64,000 bases of DNA, from assembly GCA_964252035.1 (NCBI GenBank), contig OZ176200.1. One strand, written 5' to 3'. This document shows, in pieces, positions 61,182 through 64,000 of the stretch. Numbering within the stretch: position 1 is the first letter of the stretch; the number at the start of each line of letters is the position of its first letter. Origin of the DNA: Podarcis erhardii. Its lineage: Eukaryota. Made by a program: the position numbers and the translations under genes. The notes under the pieces are model-generated. The model was given only the letters and a program-made list of their open reading frames with translations, did not search any database and was not told where the DNA came from.

Positions 61182-61818
61182 GACCTAACAGGTGAACACA
61201 CATGGAACTTTTTCCACAGCAAGATGGCTTGAGACTTAAACCCAGGGCATGCTGTCGGAAGCTGCGTGAGGAGTGTCATTGGACAGATGATTTGGAGGCA
61301 GCCAAGCTCCTGCCATTTCCACTCCTTAAGTTAGTGCCAAATGCAAATACGATATCCAGATCATTTTGTCACTGCCCTTAATGGGAACTTAATTTCTTAG
61401 ACTTCTGTTTAAACACAGATTAGCGTTTCTGCCAGGCCAAGAGCAAATGCAAAGTTGACATTCTAATTAATAAAATATAGATCACAAAGCAATGACTAGT
61501 TCTGTCTTCCAATAAAACAATGCCCCTTCATTAACGTTCAGTGCAATCCCATGTATGTGTAATCAAGAAGTAAGTTTCAGAAGGCTAGGTGACAGAAACT
61601 TAGTGTGTGCATGTAATTTGGGAATATATAAACCTGCATACCACTCAAAGTGAAACTGCAGGTTCCCTGCCCCCACATTATATTAACCCCTTGATTAAAC
61701 ATTCATCAACTAGCTTTGATCTTTTTTGGGACAGCATTCCTCAACATTAAACTCTGTTCCAAAGCTCCAGCAGAATGAAGAAAGTCTCTGCAGATTATAA
61801 TGCACATATGGATGTGAA

Positions 61819-62147
61819 CCAGTATATCTGAAGGAGTGTCTCCTCCCCCATCGTTCTGCCCGGACACTGAGGTCCAGCTCCGAGGGCCTTCTGGCGGTTC
61901 CCTCACTGCGCGAGGCCAAGTTACAGGGAACCAGGCAGAGGGCCTTCTCAGTAGTGGCGCCCGCCCTGTGGAACGCCTTCCCATCAGATGTCAAAGCGAT
62001 AAACATCTACCTGACATTCAGAAGACATCTGAAGGCAGCCCTGTTCAGGGAAGTTTTTAATATGTGACATTTTAGTGTATCTTTCATCTTTGTTGGAAGC
62101 CGCCCAGAGTGGCTGGGGAAACCCAGATGGGCGGGGTACAAATAATA

Positions 62148-62190
<43 letters not shown>
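61819..62190 (+). mobile_element. L2-clade LINE 3' end with long (ATT)n tail
   Basis: ccagtatatctgaaggagtgtctcc...gaaggcagccctgttcagggaagtttttaa...gggcggggtacaaataataa(tta)n. Confidence 0.93.
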
Positions 62191-62194
<4 letters not shown>

Positions 62195-62850
62195 GGCCAC
62201 ATAAACAGAGGTGGATTGGCCACTGTTTGTGATGCACAAGGCTGTGTGCACCTTGCTTCAGGTAGAGCTTGGAGATTTTGATTGCACTACAAGCCTCCAG
62301 GGCCCCTTTGCCTGCTACAACCTTGACAATTACTCTACCGGTGCAAAACTGTGCTGTGATTTTCAGTGTACGTTAATGCATCGTACGGTCACCAACTTTA
62401 GCTCAACGACATTCAGAATGATTCCACTATGATGTGCCAGTGTACTGACAACCGAGGAATTATTCAACCCAGGAGGAATAAGACCAGCACAGAGAAAACT
62501 CTCACCCTAGTCTCCTAAATCCTGAATTCCTTGAATTGTTTCTTTTCCTGTGTGTTGCGGTGTGCTTGCTGACTCTAGCACTGTTAGTGGGCAGTTCCCT
62601 AGACTATATGGGTGGGGTTCAACTTGTTCTGGAAGGAGTTGAACCCCTACATGGGAGCAGGTGTGCAGCTTGGGGGCAGAAAGCTAATTGTTGCCGATCA
62701 AATGTTGGGCTGTTACTCATTCTTTTTACATTGTTGTGGTTTTATGTATTTTAACAAAATATGTACACTTTCGTTAAAGGCCTAGGGATAAGCTAAATAA
62801 AGAGGGAGGGGGGAAATCACTGTCAGCTTCAATCAATAATCTTGTCTTAC

Positions 62851-62973
62851 CAAGTGTGTTTCCAGGTAGAGCTTAAGGCTGTCTGTCTCTGCTTTAGGAG
62901 GAGTCCAGTTCTCTGTCGTTTCCATGGCTTCATTCAACCAGTGGATGAATTCGTCTAGCTTGCTTACAAATCC
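62851..62973 (-). CDS. AKAP6: AKAP6 internal coding exon (123 nt, phase 0/0), GFVSKLDEFIHWLNEAMETTENWTPPKAETDSLKLYLETHL, start of first spectrin-like repeat
   Basis: Translation is nearly identical to remembered human AKAP6 (GFVNKLDEFIQWLNEAMETTENWTPPKAEMDDLKLYLETHL). Acceptor ttttctttttgtggaag|GGA, donor TTG|gtaaga, 41 whole codons. Confidence 0.97.
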
Positions 62974-63484
62974 CTTCCACAAAAAGAAAAGGGGTGGGGT
63001 GGGGGACAATGGCATGGCTGTTAGTAAAATGACAATCAGGTAAAAACAATAATTTTATGTCTTTATCTTAATTAAAGGAATATGGCACTGCTCTGAACGT
63101 AGCAACTAGCTACACTAAAAGAATGCGGCAGTTCTTGCTTATGAAGATGGAAGAAGGTTGGGCATAGCATCTGCTGGCCTGGTTTGCGCATCAACACTAA
63201 GTAAAATCATGGCATAGTACAAACACACAAAAATAAGAAACTGAAAATCTGACATTGACAGATCTGTCCATCTCTCAGTCAAGAACTGCCTTCTCCCAGA
63301 TGCTGGGTTCTAGCCTCCATCTTCCCCAGCCAGCATGTCCAATAGGGTGCTGGCAGGCCACAGGTTCCCCATTCCTTATCCAGGTGTTTGTATTTCATCA
63401 AATATTTGAACTCTTTTGCATTTTCTTCCTGCCGGTACAACTGGTTTTAGCTTTGCTGTAGTTTTTCCATTCTCAGTTCTTCTG

Positions 63485-63520
<36 letters not shown>

Positions 63521-64000
63521 TTTTATGGAAATACTTTTGCATTTGCTTTTAAATATGTGGCAAGTTGCTTTAAGGGTTCCTCTAGCTGAAGGATAATGAA
63601 TAAATTAGCAAAAGCAAATAAAGATACTGTAGAAGCTTCAGTGGGAGAACAAAGGGAAGGTTTTTGCAGAAGTCCTTGTTGCTGAACTTCCCGAGGTAAG
63701 TGTTGTGTTTGTAAAAGATTTAAGACAATTGCCCTGATCCAGCCCTGCATGGGTGTAGCTAACATCACCCTTCATGCACAGCCTTATAAAATAAGGGAAC
63801 CATCTTATGCTGAGTCAGACCATTGAGCCAGCTTCCTCAGTATAGTCTACATCACAAAGAGGAAACCTGTGGCCTTCAAGGGTATTGGCCTAGATTTCCC
63901 ATCAGTCACAACCATGAGTATGTCCAGTGGTCAGGAATGGTGGGGAGTTGTGGTCCAACAAACTCTGAAGGGCCAGAGGTTTCCCACCCCTGATGTATAC

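Noticed and set aside
1-64000. CRISPR arrays, operons or prokaryotic/viral systems
   Set aside because: The sequence is vertebrate intronic DNA; no regularly spaced repeats or long intact ORFs.

Overview
Vertebrate genomic DNA from a squamate reptile; the repeat content (Sauria SINEs, L2/CR1/RTE/L1 LINEs, hAT and Tc1/mariner MITEs, Penelope elements) suggests a lacertid-type lizard (inference). The only protein-coding gene I can support is AKAP6 (mAKAP) on the minus strand. It has three internal coding exons with canonical splice sites and consistent phases (62973-62851, 54214-54118, 52429-52266), encoding the start of the spectrin-repeat region. Everything from 52265 down to position 1 appears to be one intron of more than 52 kb; the next exon was not found, though six N gaps exist. 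Nearly all other ORF-track entries are chance ORFs, N-run artefacts or LINE ORF2 remnants. The most notable observations are: (1) a complete minimal hammerhead ribozyme in a Penelope insertion at 47123-47160, in AKAP6-sense orientation and embedded in a perfect 65-bp hairpin; (2) a candidate recursive-splicing site at 8622/8621 that would regenerate the exon's own donor; (3) a hAT MITE carrying TTAGGG repeats; (4) a sense-oriented solo LTR interrupted by a Penelope fragment; (5) inverted same-subfamily SINEs flanking a frame-preserving two-exon block. Repeat family names come from my memory of consensus sequences, not from a database search.
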